Of a stretch of 64,000 bases of DNA, positions 20,020-29,767 are shown piece by piece. The notes below the pieces were generated by a model. It saw nothing but the letters and a program-made list of their open reading frames with translations. It made no database searches and had not been told where the DNA came from. Within the stretch, counting starts at the first letter, position 1. Each line of letters opens with the position of its first letter. The DNA is taken from contig MHMW01000021.1 in assembly GCA_001819495.1 (NCBI GenBank), forward strand, positions 10,706 through 74,705, given 5' to 3'. The stretch is from Candidatus Portnoybacteria bacterium RBG_19FT_COMBO_36_7 (lineage in GTDB: Bacteria; Patescibacteriota; Minisyncoccia; Portnoybacterales; GWB1-42-6). The translations under genes were made by a program, and so were the position numbers.

Positions 20020-20231
20020 CATGTTTTTTTCTTCGCACTTTTAAATAATTTATTAATTTCTTGCGCCTGTTTTTTGCTGATCTTCTGCACTATCACATTA
20101 TTTTGGGTCAGAACCCAGTCGCCTTTTTTGACAGAAATTATGGCGCCGACCTCCTGCGGCCCTTTTTGCGATTTCACCGTCGCAACGCCTTTTTTTAATC
20201 CGATAACTTGTTTTGGAATTGTCAGACACAT
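19980..20231 (-). CDS. hypC: HypC/HybG/HupF-family chaperone
   Basis: N-terminal MCLTIP, VKKGDWVL; C-terminus runs into the MITE. Confidence 0.8.
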   Translation of the reverse strand: MCLTIPKQVIGLKKGVATVKSQKGPQEVGAIISVKKGDWVLTQNNVIVQKISKKQAQEINKLFKSAKKKTCQVVEIRPSREAG

Positions 20232-20321
20232 ATTCACTGTCGTTCAATTTAAAAAATGAAAATGAAAATGAAAATGTAAAAAAGTCATCCAGTTTTTAGT
20301 TTTTAAATTTTAATTTTTAAA

Positions 20322-21185
20322 TTAAATTGCTCCCTGCACATTTTTTATCTGGTCATATCTGAACACCGGGCCCTGCTTGCAAACATAATGGCTTCCTATC
20401 CCGCAATGCTGGCAGACTCCGACTCCGCAGTGCATCCGCCGTTCAAACGAAAGATAAATATCTTCGTCAGCAAATCCGTATTTTTTCAATTTCTCCAAAA
20501 CGGCTTTATACATCACCGGCGGCCCACAGACAAATGCTCTGGCATCGGCAACAACAGAAACAACCTCAAATAACTTTGTAACCAAGCCAACGCACCCCTT
20601 CCAGTCTTCACAAACTTTATCTATGCTTAATTGAAGATTGACGCCGTCTTTCTGCCAAGATTCGTATTCATTGCGAAATAACATTTCCGAAGGATGCTTG
20701 GCGCCGTAAAATATCTGAATCTTGGCGTCTTTACCTAAAAATTCATTCTTGCCCAAAATCAAAGTCCTTAAAGGTATTAAGCCCAGTCCCCCGACAACTA
20801 TTAATAAATTCTTTTTTTCTTCATTTTTAACTTTAAACTTTGAACTTTGAACTTGAGCGCCAGCAATGGGCCAGCCGATGCCAAAAGGTCCTCTGATGCC
20901 GATTTTATCCCCCACTTTCAAAATATGCATTCTATTGGTCAGTTTCCCTATCGCTCTTATGCAAAGTTCTAAATTTTTTCCTGGCTTGTTGCAGGGCGCA
21001 AAGGGCGCTTCGCCAAACCCAGGCAAAGACAGCATAATGAATTGGCCTGGATAAATTCTGGCATCTTCATCAAATCTTAATTGAAAATGCATCTTGTCAA
21101 AGCCCAATTCAAACAGTTTGATGCCCGGCACATGGTCGGAAATCTTCAGAATTTTTGCCGTTTTGGTCTCGTAAAGATTAAACAT
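20322..21185 (-). CDS. Group 3b hydrogenase gamma subunit (FAD/NAD(P), 2Fe-2S)
   Basis: PGQF, GEAPF, RGPFG, GGLGLIP, CGPPVM, ERRMHCGVGVCQHC, VCKQGPVF. Confidence 0.92.
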   Translation of the reverse strand: MFNLYETKTAKILKISDHVPGIKLFELGFDKMHFQLRFDEDARIYPGQFIMLSLPGFGEAPFAPCNKPGKNLELCIRAIGKLTNRMHILKVGDKIGIRGPFGIGWPIAGAQVQSSKFKVKNEEKKNLLIVVGGLGLIPLRTLILGKNEFLGKDAKIQIFYGAKHPSEMLFRNEYESWQKDGVNLQLSIDKVCEDWKGCVGLVTKLFEVVSVVADARAFVCGPPVMYKAVLEKLKKYGFADEDIYLSFERRMHCGVGVCQHCGIGSHYVCKQGPVFRYDQIKNVQGAI

Positions 21186-21251
21186 ATATCCTCCATTGAC
21201 AAATTAAAATAATAGTTTTAATATAATAAAAACGAATAAAAGGAGGGTAAG

Positions 21252-21386
21252 ATGGAAAAGGAGTACTGTGTGAAATGCGGAAAAGAAACACCATACACAA
21301 AGGACGTTCCTATCGACCAAAGAGATTGCTATATTGAAGGAGCTGGTCAGCTCTGTGACGACTGTTTTATCGAGATTTACGGCTAA
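21252..21386 (+). CDS. 44-aa CxxC..CxxC putative zinc-binding protein (absent from ORF track)
   Basis: AAGGAGG RBS; MEKEYCVKCGKETPYTKDVPIDQRDCYIEGAGQLCDDCFIEIYG; hairpin follows. Confidence 0.8.
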   Translation: MEKEYCVKCGKETPYTKDVPIDQRDCYIEGAGQLCDDCFIEIYG

Positions 21387-21447
21387 TACCATCAGCGTTA
21401 TGCGCTATTTTAAAATAAAATAGCGCATTTTATTTTAACAAATGATC

Positions 21448-22485
21448 TTAAGAATTTTCTATGTTTTTTAAAACTTCCGCAATATCAATACCCACAGGGC
21501 AAACGGCCGCACAGCGGCCGCATCCCACGCATCCCATAAAATTGAATTCTTCCGGAATCCTGGCGAATTTATGATAATACCAGAAATGAATCCGCTTGGC
21601 GGTGTCGTTCAGAAACTTATGCCCCAAGGCCACTTCGGAAAATTCCTGATAAAAGCAGGAGTCCCAGCAGCGCTGGCGCTCGCCCTCGCTATTTTCCAGT
21701 CCGGCTTTATCGTCAATCCGAAAACAAAAACAGGTCGGGCAGACTATTGTGCATTTGCCGCATTCAATGCATCGAGCCCCCAGCTCGTCCCAGATTTTTT
21801 GATTGTGCTTATTTTTCAGCTTATCCTGAATCTTTATCATCCGTTCGTCCAGTTTGCCTTCCTTGACCGGCCCGCTGAATTGAATATTAATATAGTCTTT
21901 ATAGCCAAAGTCATTTAAGATTTTTTGCCCAAGCAGGGAGCCGGTAAAAACTGCGTATTCGCCGTTATCCTTTTCTTCATTTATCAGTTTTGCTTTTTTT
22001 GTTCTTATGGCCGGCACCTTGGCAAAACTCATCTCGGCCAAAAAAATATCAAAGCTTAAATGCTCCAAAATATCCTCTTCCAGCGTCATCTCAAAGATAT
22101 TCTGGGACATGTCGGGGATGAGGCTATGGCCGACAATGAGCAGATTGCGTCTCCGCGCCTGATAATAGGGGTCTTTTTCAAAAACCTGGTCATAAAGCAA
22201 AACAGATTTCAAATCCAATAAATTCATGCCTAAAATCGCCGTTTTTTTTGGAGCCAATTCTTCAGCTTTTAAGATATGCCCTTTATATTCAAAAAGTTTT
22301 TCTTTTTCCGGGATAAAAAAGCGCTTAAAGGAATAAAAAGGCACGCCTTTCTCCAGCTTCAAATCTGCGGGGTATTTCAAGTGGTCAACTTCCAGCAGAT
22401 TTTCGCGCTTTTGTGTGCCAAAAACATCCCATCCGTTTTTTTGAAGGAATAAAATAAAATCTTCCAACTTATGTCTGGTTAGCAT
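21448..22485 (-). CDS. Group 3b hydrogenase beta subunit (4Fe-4S dicluster)
   Basis: CIECGKCTIVCPTCFC, RCWDSC, CVGCGRCAAVCPVGI. Confidence 0.9.
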   Translation of the reverse strand: MLTRHKLEDFILFLQKNGWDVFGTQKRENLLEVDHLKYPADLKLEKGVPFYSFKRFFIPEKEKLFEYKGHILKAEELAPKKTAILGMNLLDLKSVLLYDQVFEKDPYYQARRRNLLIVGHSLIPDMSQNIFEMTLEEDILEHLSFDIFLAEMSFAKVPAIRTKKAKLINEEKDNGEYAVFTGSLLGQKILNDFGYKDYINIQFSGPVKEGKLDERMIKIQDKLKNKHNQKIWDELGARCIECGKCTIVCPTCFCFRIDDKAGLENSEGERQRCWDSCFYQEFSEVALGHKFLNDTAKRIHFWYYHKFARIPEEFNFMGCVGCGRCAAVCPVGIDIAEVLKNIENS

Positions 22486-22685
22486 TATCCAAATTTTAAC
22501 ATAAAATCACAGCCGAACAAATAGTCAAAACTGTGAATAACTAAAAAGTCCCAAGCAATAAATCTTAGGGCTTTTTTACAGGAACCTTTTAATTTCCTGC
22601 TGTCTATTTCATTATCCTGAATACAAGCTTTTTCTTATGTTCAAAAGAATGAAGGAGAGAGTGATTTTTCACTCTCTCCTGATTT

Positions 22686-23582
22686 TTAACGAGGGACTGA
22701 CCACCTATAATTTGGCCTCTTGGTCGGATAAGACTTTGAAGGATACCGAGAAGTCTTATGCCTGTACTGAGACCGAGGTTGGCTATGATTATAGCTATAA
22801 CTTCTACTATAACCGTAGTTTCTATACTTAGAATAACTTCTGTACTCGTAATATCCGCCGTTGATAATTATCGGCGGAGGCAAGGGTATGGAACCCCACC
22901 AAGAACGTTGCCCTGGTGGAACTTGTACCGTGACTTCAACGGGCACTTCCACCGGGACCTCCACCAGAACCTCTTTTTCTACAATTTGAGTCTGTGGAGG
23001 CGGAGCCGGCCTAACAGCTGGCGGCTGAAAAGCTTGTGGCTGAAGGGGTTGTGTCTCAGAAACAACTTCATTTTTCCGAGGAATCCCGTTACCGCACTTC
23101 TTTATAATGGTAATCCAGAATTCCTCTTCATTATAAGGAAACTTGACCTCTAACGCTTCTAAGGTCTGTTTCCCTAACCACTCAACCGGCCTGCTGTCAT
23201 AAAACACTCCCTTTCTGGGTTTGAAAAACATCCCATCAGGGAATATTGCCCCCGGTTGATAAGATGACTGCGTTACATCGGAACATTCCACAGCCATTTG
23301 GAAGACAACAAATAATTCTTCCGCATCGTACTCCGGGTAGGCTTGCTCGAGTGCCCTTACGAAATCCTCCTGAATTCCAGGATCACCCAATTTATTTATT
23401 AGGTCATCCTGATTCCTGACTCCCCCTTTAATCATGGGTGCACCGCCTAACTTCGTCCATTTAAATGTCGGAGTACCGGCGTAAGCGTGAGACAGAAAGG
23501 GAGTCACTGCCAACAAAAACAAAATAAAGAATAAAACCAACACAATTAATCCCCAGATAAACATTTTCTTGTTCTTTTCCAT
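22686..23582 (-). CDS. Hypothetical exported protein with Pro-rich and Tyr/Ser/Arg-rich tail
   Basis: GGAGG RBS, signal peptide ending AYA, low-complexity C-terminus. Confidence 0.7.
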   Translation of the reverse strand: MEKNKKMFIWGLIVLVLFFILFLLAVTPFLSHAYAGTPTFKWTKLGGAPMIKGGVRNQDDLINKLGDPGIQEDFVRALEQAYPEYDAEELFVVFQMAVECSDVTQSSYQPGAIFPDGMFFKPRKGVFYDSRPVEWLGKQTLEALEVKFPYNEEEFWITIIKKCGNGIPRKNEVVSETQPLQPQAFQPPAVRPAPPPQTQIVEKEVLVEVPVEVPVEVTVQVPPGQRSWWGSIPLPPPIIINGGYYEYRSYSKYRNYGYSRSYSYNHSQPRSQYRHKTSRYPSKSYPTKRPNYRWSVPR

Positions 23583-23774
23583 ATTTCCCTCCTTTGATAG
23601 TTTTTTGTTTTTTTTAAAAGAACCTTTTTTCTCGTAAATCTGCCGATTTCAGAATTTAGCATTATATATTAATTCTATAATTTTGTCAAGTGATTATGCT
23701 AGTCGGCGCGCAAATCAAAAAAGAGCCCATTTGGGACTCTTTTTTAAAATTTACGGAAGCGATTAAAATACAGC

Positions 23775-23924
23775 CTATTGCTGAATATTTGCCGCGACAT
23801 TACCGATGTCCAGACCGCTGGGCTGGTTAATGGAGCTCCAGATTAATAAAGTGAAGACCAGTCCGGTCAGAAAAATTAGCGCTATCGCCAGATACGGATT
23901 GATTTTTTGTTTTGGGTCTAGCAT
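23775..23924 (-). CDS. 49-aa single-TM protein (absent from ORF track)
   Basis: MLDPKQKINPYLAIALIFLTGLVFTLLIWSSINQ...; starts 4 nt after the DsbA-like stop. Confidence 0.6.
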   Translation of the reverse strand: MLDPKQKINPYLAIALIFLTGLVFTLLIWSSINQPSGLDIGNVAANIQQ

Positions 23925-23928
23925 TTTT

Positions 23929-24552
23929 TTATTGAAGCTTGCTGTCTATTGCCTTTTGAAAATCCTCATAGGGCACGGCGCCGACGACTTCCTCGCCGTT
24001 GATGAAAAATGTTGGCGTTCCTTCAACTCCCTTTTCACCCGCCTTATTATACCAATCCTGACCTGCTGTTTTAGCCGCATCCGAATTATAGCATTGTTCA
24101 AAATTATCGCCCAGCTCTAATGTTTTTGCCGCGTCAAGCACGTCCTGCTCTCCCTTTATGTCGGCCTGGTGATTGAACATATAGTCCTGGAATTGATTGA
24201 ATTTTCCTGCCTGATTGGCGCAATAGCTGGCTCTGGCCAGCTCGTAAGGTGGCAAAATATAAATAATCATTTTAACCTTGCCTTTTGCAATATAATCCTG
24301 CTCTATCTTGGGCAGGGTCTGCAGGGCAAAATTTGCGCAATGAGAGCATAAAAAATTGGTGTATTCTTCTATGACCACGGATGCGTCATCAATTCCCAAA
24401 ACTATTCCCGGCGTCCCCTGGCTAGAAGTGGTTGCCGAATTTGAAATTGAGGCCGGGTTTTCATTTGGTTTTTTTTCGCTGAAATACCAACCCGCGCCTA
24501 TCAAAATCAACGCCAAGATTACCGCGATTATAATAATTCTTTTGTCTGACAT
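23929..24552 (-). CDS. DsbA/thioredoxin-fold membrane-anchored oxidoreductase
   Basis: EYTNFLCSHC, GVEGTPTFFING. Confidence 0.9.
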   Translation of the reverse strand: MSDKRIIIIAVILALILIGAGWYFSEKKPNENPASISNSATTSSQGTPGIVLGIDDASVVIEEYTNFLCSHCANFALQTLPKIEQDYIAKGKVKMIIYILPPYELARASYCANQAGKFNQFQDYMFNHQADIKGEQDVLDAAKTLELGDNFEQCYNSDAAKTAGQDWYNKAGEKGVEGTPTFFINGEEVVGAVPYEDFQKAIDSKLQ

Positions 24553-24639
24553 ATCATTGATTTAATGGTTAAAACTGACTTTACTTTAACAAGATATCAA
24601 ATAATTTAAAAACAGTCAAATAGCTACGCTAACCTTTGC

Positions 24640-24834
24640 CTATAGTTCGCGTACTTTTTTAAAAGCTTCCTTAGCCGCTTTATCCTTTTTTTCTTTTGAA
24701 ATCGGTACGCCTCCCTCTAGCCCTGTCAATTCTTCATCCTCTTCCGGCGTCGGCAATCTTCCTTTAAATGTTTTGCCGATCATTTTTTTCTCATCTTCTT
24801 CTTTTTTAAACGGAAATTTATATTGCTCGTTCAT
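24640..24834 (-). CDS. Hypothetical protein
   Basis: 64-aa charged ORF filling an intergenic gap. Confidence 0.55.
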   Translation of the reverse strand: MNEQYKFPFKKEEDEKKMIGKTFKGRLPTPEEDEELTGLEGGVPISKEKKDKAAKEAFKKVREL

Positions 24835-24904
24835 ATATTGTTATGAAAATATAATTTATTTTTTATCCAATAAATTTTTTAACAGTGATAAAACATCAAT
24901 AATT

Positions 24905-25075
24905 TTATAAATCCAGGTCAATTCCCCTGTCTTTTGCCTGCCTGTTTATGACGGCTGTGGAAGTATAGTTCTTGGGATCGGAAACAAACTTATCATAGAT
25001 ATGAAGCAAATAAAAAAGGCTGATAATCTCGAGCACGATGACTGCCAGCAACGTCGGTTTAATAATGGTTAGCAT
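24905..25075 (-). CDS. Small single-TM protein
   Basis: MLTIIKPTLLAVIVLEIISLF...; starts just after the exonuclease stop. Confidence 0.5.
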   Translation of the reverse strand: MLTIIKPTLLAVIVLEIISLFYLLHIYDKFVSDPKNYTSTAVINRQAKDRGIDLDL

Positions 25076-25080
25076 GTTTT

Positions 25081-25746
25081 TTATGGGGCGACGTATTCTA
25101 TCCAGAGTCCGTAAAGCTCGGCTGTGGCGCGCGTGTCTGCCAGACAATAACGGGCAATTTCCAGATATTTTCCTTCTTTGAAATATTGGGCCACTTTTTC
25201 CCCGCTGATTCCACTGATTTTTGGGCTTTCTATGCCCAGCGACCGGCAATAAAAATCCAAGCTGAATTTTCTGAACGCGCCGTAAAAAGTCAACTGGTCT
25301 AAGAGATCAATATGAAAATCGGCTGAATATCGTGGTGGCATAAGATTCCTTGTCGGCCTTACCTTTAGCGCCGCGCTTCGCAGCATAAGATATGGGCAGT
25401 CAAAACCACGGCCGTTAAATGTGATAAACTGATGATAATTTTTTATATTCTGCCAAAATTTTTCCAGAATTTTCTTTTCGGTGCTTATTTCAAAATCTAT
25501 TCCGTCTTCGGAAAAATTTTCTATTTTTCCGTCCGGGCCCTGAAAAAAAACTTTTCCCTTGCCAGATTCGGGATTCAAAAGACTGATGGCGACGATTTCG
25601 CCGCTAAACGGCCAAAAATTGACATTCTTTTTTATTTCTTCAATATCTCTTTCGTCTTTGGCGTTTTTTAAAAAATAATCCTGGGATTCCTTATCCAAGC
25701 TATCAAAATCGCCCGCTGTCTCTATGTCAAAAACAATCCTGCTCAT
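25081..25746 (-). CDS. DEDD 3'-5' exonuclease (PolB-exo/RNase H-like)
   Basis: FDIET, TFNGRGFD, HIDL, YCLAD. Confidence 0.88.
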   Translation of the reverse strand: MSRIVFDIETAGDFDSLDKESQDYFLKNAKDERDIEEIKKNVNFWPFSGEIVAISLLNPESGKGKVFFQGPDGKIENFSEDGIDFEISTEKKILEKFWQNIKNYHQFITFNGRGFDCPYLMLRSAALKVRPTRNLMPPRYSADFHIDLLDQLTFYGAFRKFSLDFYCRSLGIESPKISGISGEKVAQYFKEGKYLEIARYCLADTRATAELYGLWIEYVAP

Positions 25747-25776
25747 AATTAGTGAGTTATTTGTTCTGAGGATTTT

Positions 25777-25989
25777 TTATTTCCCCTTTACGCCTTTAAA
25801 TCTGCTCATCTTTCCCATGCTGGTTTTGTTATCCATAAAACGGCCGCTTTCGGTGGTGGCTTTTATGAAAAGCTTTGTGCGGGGGTTTTTGTATTGGACA
25901 CGGCGGCGAACCATGCCTTTTCTCCCCGTTCCTTTTGGAGGATTAGTAGCCATATTAAATAAATTAACATTTTTGCCCTCTGGATACAT
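25777..25989 (-). CDS. Small basic hypothetical protein
   Basis: MATNPPKG..RKG.V..RVQYKNP....IK....GRFMD.K. Confidence 0.6.
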   Translation of the reverse strand: MYPEGKNVNLFNMATNPPKGTGRKGMVRRRVQYKNPRTKLFIKATTESGRFMDNKTSMGKMSRFKGVKGK

Positions 25990-26049
25990 TTTAATCTTTT
26001 TTTCTTTTTTTGACAAATGAAAAGGGCTGTCCGCTCGACAGCCCCAAAA

Positions 26050-26193
26050 TTACTTCATTTCCTTGAATATCTTTAAAAGAACTCCCAGAATCAATGGATA
26101 CCTGCATGCTTTTGTCCAAAATTTAGCCACCCAATTCGGCCATTTTCTAACCAAAATCTCTTCGGCTTTTACTGCAAACTTTCTTGTTCCCAT
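26050..26193 (-). CDS. Small hypothetical protein
   Basis: GAGGAGG RBS before MGTRKF; hairpin downstream. Confidence 0.5.
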   Translation of the reverse strand: MGTRKFAVKAEEILVRKWPNWVAKFWTKACRYPLILGVLLKIFKEMK

Positions 26194-26291
26194 GTCTATC
26201 CCCTCCTCTTTTTTGATTGATAAAAAAGAAAAAAATAAATATCCCTTATCAGAAATAAAGGACATTTATTTTATCCCTAAACTGAATAAGC

Positions 26292-26849
26292 TTAGAATTT
26301 CACCTGAACGGGTTCTTTTTCTGCCTCACCTTTTATTTCAAAAAATTCTGCTGATTTGAAACTAAAGATTTTGGCGACTATATTGGAAGGAAAAACCTCC
26401 AAAGCAGTGTTTAAATCCCTGACATTGCCGTTGTAAAATCTCCTGGCTGCCTGAATTTTATTCTCTGTGTCGGCCAACTCTTCCTGAAGTTTTGAAAAAT
26501 TCTCAGAGGCTCTCAGCTGGGGATATGCTTCCGCTACCGCAAACAGGGATTTTAGCGCGCCTGACAGCATATTCTCGGCTTCTGCTTTTTGAGCCGCGCC
26601 TTGCGCCGAAATCGCCTGAGCGCGGGCACGAGTCACGTTTTCAAAAGCTTCCCGCTCGTGAGTCGCGTAACCCTTGACTGTTTCTACCAGATTGGGAATC
26701 AAATCATAGCGCCTTTTCAGCTGGACATCAATATCTGACCAGGCTTCTTCTGTCCTCTTTTTTAACCTGATGAAACGGTTATAAGCGACGACAAGCCACA
26801 AAATGATAGCAGCTAACGCCGCTATGATGACTGAAGTGTATATTGGCAT
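26292..26849 (-). CDS. lemA: LemA family protein
   Basis: AWSDIDVQLKRRYDLIPNLV, AVAEAYPQLRA, ARRFYN. Confidence 0.96.
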   Translation of the reverse strand: MPIYTSVIIAALAAIILWLVVAYNRFIRLKKRTEEAWSDIDVQLKRRYDLIPNLVETVKGYATHEREAFENVTRARAQAISAQGAAQKAEAENMLSGALKSLFAVAEAYPQLRASENFSKLQEELADTENKIQAARRFYNGNVRDLNTALEVFPSNIVAKIFSFKSAEFFEIKGEAEKEPVQVKF

Positions 26850-26929
26850 AGGTTTTAAAAATTTAATTATTAAAAATCTGCCTGATTAAATTATAATTTT
26901 ATTTACTGGTAAAGTCAATGTTTTAAATC

Positions 26930-27769
26930 TTAAAGTTTTTGGCATTTTGGACAAAAATGAGCCGAGCGGCCGCTGATTTTTAAGCGCTGGACAAAACCGG
27001 AACATTTTTTGCATCTTTGCCCTTCCCGGCCGTAAACTTTAAGATGCGACACATATTCCCCTTCTTGGCCTCGCGCGTCTAGATAATCGTTGTCCGAAGA
27101 ACCCCGAAGCGTCAGTGCTTCGGACAAAATTTTTTTTATGCCTTGAAAGATTTTTTTGATTTCGTCTGATTTTAAATCTTCTACGCGGTGCAACGGATGA
27201 ATTCTGGCAAAAAATAAAATCTCATCTGAATAGATGTTGCCGATGCCCGCGATATTTTTCGGGTCCATCAAGAACTGTTTTATTTTTGCCTTAGGCCGCT
27301 TTCTCAGAATTGCCGCAAAATCGTCAAGAGCGAAATCTTTATCCAGTGGCTCGGGCCCCAATTTTTCTTTTTCAAAGAAATCCACCAACTTATCCGTTTT
27401 TACTGCTTTGACATAGCCGAACTGCCGAAGATCGTTGTGAAAAAGCCGGCTGCCGTCGGAAAACCAATAAATCAGGTGATTCCACTTTTTGTCCTGGTCC
27501 TGCAGTTTCTCGTTTTTTTGGCGGAAAATCAGTCGGCCAGACAGTTTTAAGTGTATAAGCAAGCTCCAACCGTTTGATAATTCAATTATTAAAATTTTGG
27601 CGCGTCGCGCCAAGCATTTTATTTTTGCGCCTAATATGATTTTTTTAAATTCAACCAAAGAAAGCTTAACCATTTTTGGCAAGCTAACCTGGACTTTTTT
27701 GATTTTTTTACCCGCCATCAATCTGTTAAGCTGGGTTCGGATTGTCTCGACTTCCGGAAGCTCAGGCAT
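26930..27769 (-). CDS. mutM: Formamidopyrimidine-DNA glycosylase
   Basis: MPELPEVET, AGIGNIY, C-terminal zinc finger CKKC..CPKCQ. Confidence 0.97.
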   Translation of the reverse strand: MPELPEVETIRTQLNRLMAGKKIKKVQVSLPKMVKLSLVEFKKIILGAKIKCLARRAKILIIELSNGWSLLIHLKLSGRLIFRQKNEKLQDQDKKWNHLIYWFSDGSRLFHNDLRQFGYVKAVKTDKLVDFFEKEKLGPEPLDKDFALDDFAAILRKRPKAKIKQFLMDPKNIAGIGNIYSDEILFFARIHPLHRVEDLKSDEIKKIFQGIKKILSEALTLRGSSDNDYLDARGQEGEYVSHLKVYGREGQRCKKCSGFVQRLKISGRSAHFCPKCQKL

Positions 27770-27779
27770 ATTTGGCAGT

Positions 27780-28292
27780 TTAAAAATAATATCCTTTTAT
27801 TTTACGCTTCAATTTTTCCGGCGAAGGCACAAACATCCATTCATAATAAATGCGCCTGGCGTTCTTAATATGCGGACCTTCAAAATCAAACCAGACTTTT
27901 TTGAAAGCCTCAATCAGGATCTTTCTGGCCCGCCCTATCTCCGGATCGGCTAAATATATATGCTGCCTGTCTATGCCGATTATTACAGAATAATGGCCTT
28001 CATAATGTTCGCCGTACAAAGAGAACCAGTCCACCAAAACCGGCTTTCTTTTTTTCAAAAAATATCTGATATCGCCAATCGTAGAATTCTCTTTCCAGAA
28101 ACCATGCCAGCCCAAAGATTTGACCGCCCCAATTAAACTTTCGGGAGACGCCCCTTCCCGGGCGCTGGTTCCACTTTTTCTGCCTAAGCCCTGTTCGCTG
28201 ATTTTAAATCCGTAAAAATTCAAAATCGTCCGAAGGGCGGCTGGCCCGCAATATCCCGTTTTTGTTTGTTCAAAAATTTTAAGTTTGATCAT
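27780..28292 (-). CDS. Peptidase C39-like protein
   Basis: QTKTGYCGPAAL, GHYSV, LADP. Confidence 0.85.
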   Translation of the reverse strand: MIKLKIFEQTKTGYCGPAALRTILNFYGFKISEQGLGRKSGTSAREGASPESLIGAVKSLGWHGFWKENSTIGDIRYFLKKRKPVLVDWFSLYGEHYEGHYSVIIGIDRQHIYLADPEIGRARKILIEAFKKVWFDFEGPHIKNARRIYYEWMFVPSPEKLKRKIKGYYF

Positions 28293-28519
28293 TTTTTATA
28301 AGCACTTATGTTTTTATTCTTCCCATAAACTTGGATTTTATCATAGCACCAAAAATAAAAAAATAAAAGAGCTTCTTTTAAAAGAAGCTCTCGCTAATTA
28401 TCTTTCAATATCTTCTCCGAATTATTTGTGCTTTAGATATTTCATCGCCTGTTCTACCCTTTCTTTACGCGAGCCGGCAATAATAAAGAATTTTATTCCC
28501 ATTTTTTAAGGCAAATAAA

Positions 28520-29758
28520 TTATTCGTATCGCAACGCTTCTATCGGGTTTAATTTTGAGGCACGGCGGGCTGGATAAATGCCGAAAACAATGCCGATGAA
28601 GGCAGCAATGCCAAGGCCAAGCGCTATCCCGAGCAAAGAAATGCCGGTCGGCCAGTCCTGTCCCAGGAAATAACTTATTGTAATCGCCGACAATACAGAT
28701 AATACGATTCCGAGAAATATACCGATTGCCCCGCCAAGACAGGTCAGAATCACTGATTCAAACAAAAACTGCGTCAAAATGTCGCTGTTTTTGGCGCCGA
28801 CTGCTTTGCGCAGGCCAATCTCACGGGTGCGCTCGGTTACCGAAACCAGCATAATATTCATGATGCCGATGCCGCCGACTAACAGAGAAATGGCCGCCAC
28901 CGCTGCCAAAAAATAAGTCATGATGTTCGTAATGGTCTTGACCTGCTCCATTGCGCTGGCTTGAGTGCCAACGCTAAAATCGTCTTTTTCCGGATCGGTT
29001 ATATTATGAGAATTTCTCATCGTTATTTTTATATCCTCTGCCGTCCGATTAACTAAATCTTCTGATTCGGCTTCAACCAAAATATGCTGAAAATATTTTG
29101 TGCCAAAGATATACTGCTGAGCTGTTGTCCAGGGAATAAGGACAACATCATCAAAATTAACCATTGAAACCTGTCCTTTTTCAGATAATATTCCAATCAC
29201 CCTGTAATTCTTGCTGTTTATTTTTATTTTTTGTCCCATTGCCTCCGAAGAGCCGAAAAGCTCTTCTTTTACCTTTGAGCCTATAACAACTACATCGGCA
29301 AGATTTTTCACGTCATCATCATCCAGGGCTCTTCCTTTATCAATTTCTATGTCATATATCCTTATAAAACCGCTCCCGATTCCATAGATATTGACACTGT
29401 AAGTATCGGTCTGCGAAATAGCATTGGCGCTGCCAAACAACAAAGGCTCTACGTTTATAGCATAAGGAACATTCTCTTTTTTCTTCAGGGCAATCAGATC
29501 TTTTTCTTTCAAAGAGTCGCTGAATATCTGCATAACATCGTTAAACCCCTTGGGTTCGCGGCCTGGAGCTATCTCAATAACCTTGGCGCCCATTCCCTGG
29601 ATCTGTCCCAAAATTAAGTTTTGCGCTCCCTGCCCCAGCGACATAACAAAAATTATAGACATGATGCCTATTACAATTCCCAGCATAGTCAAAGCTGTCC
29701 TGCCTTTATTGACCTTGAGGGCCCTGGTGGCGCTTTTAAGAATATCTTTTGATGACAT
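28520..29758 (-). CDS. MacB/FtsX-type ABC permease
   Basis: LTMLGIVIG, VGGIGIMNIML, ERTREIGLRKAVGA, PIEALRYE. Confidence 0.95.
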   Translation of the reverse strand: MSSKDILKSATRALKVNKGRTALTMLGIVIGIMSIIFVMSLGQGAQNLILGQIQGMGAKVIEIAPGREPKGFNDVMQIFSDSLKEKDLIALKKKENVPYAINVEPLLFGSANAISQTDTYSVNIYGIGSGFIRIYDIEIDKGRALDDDDVKNLADVVVIGSKVKEELFGSSEAMGQKIKINSKNYRVIGILSEKGQVSMVNFDDVVLIPWTTAQQYIFGTKYFQHILVEAESEDLVNRTAEDIKITMRNSHNITDPEKDDFSVGTQASAMEQVKTITNIMTYFLAAVAAISLLVGGIGIMNIMLVSVTERTREIGLRKAVGAKNSDILTQFLFESVILTCLGGAIGIFLGIVLSVLSAITISYFLGQDWPTGISLLGIALGLGIAAFIGIVFGIYPARRASKLNPIEALRYE

Positions 29759-29767
29759 TTTTTACTT

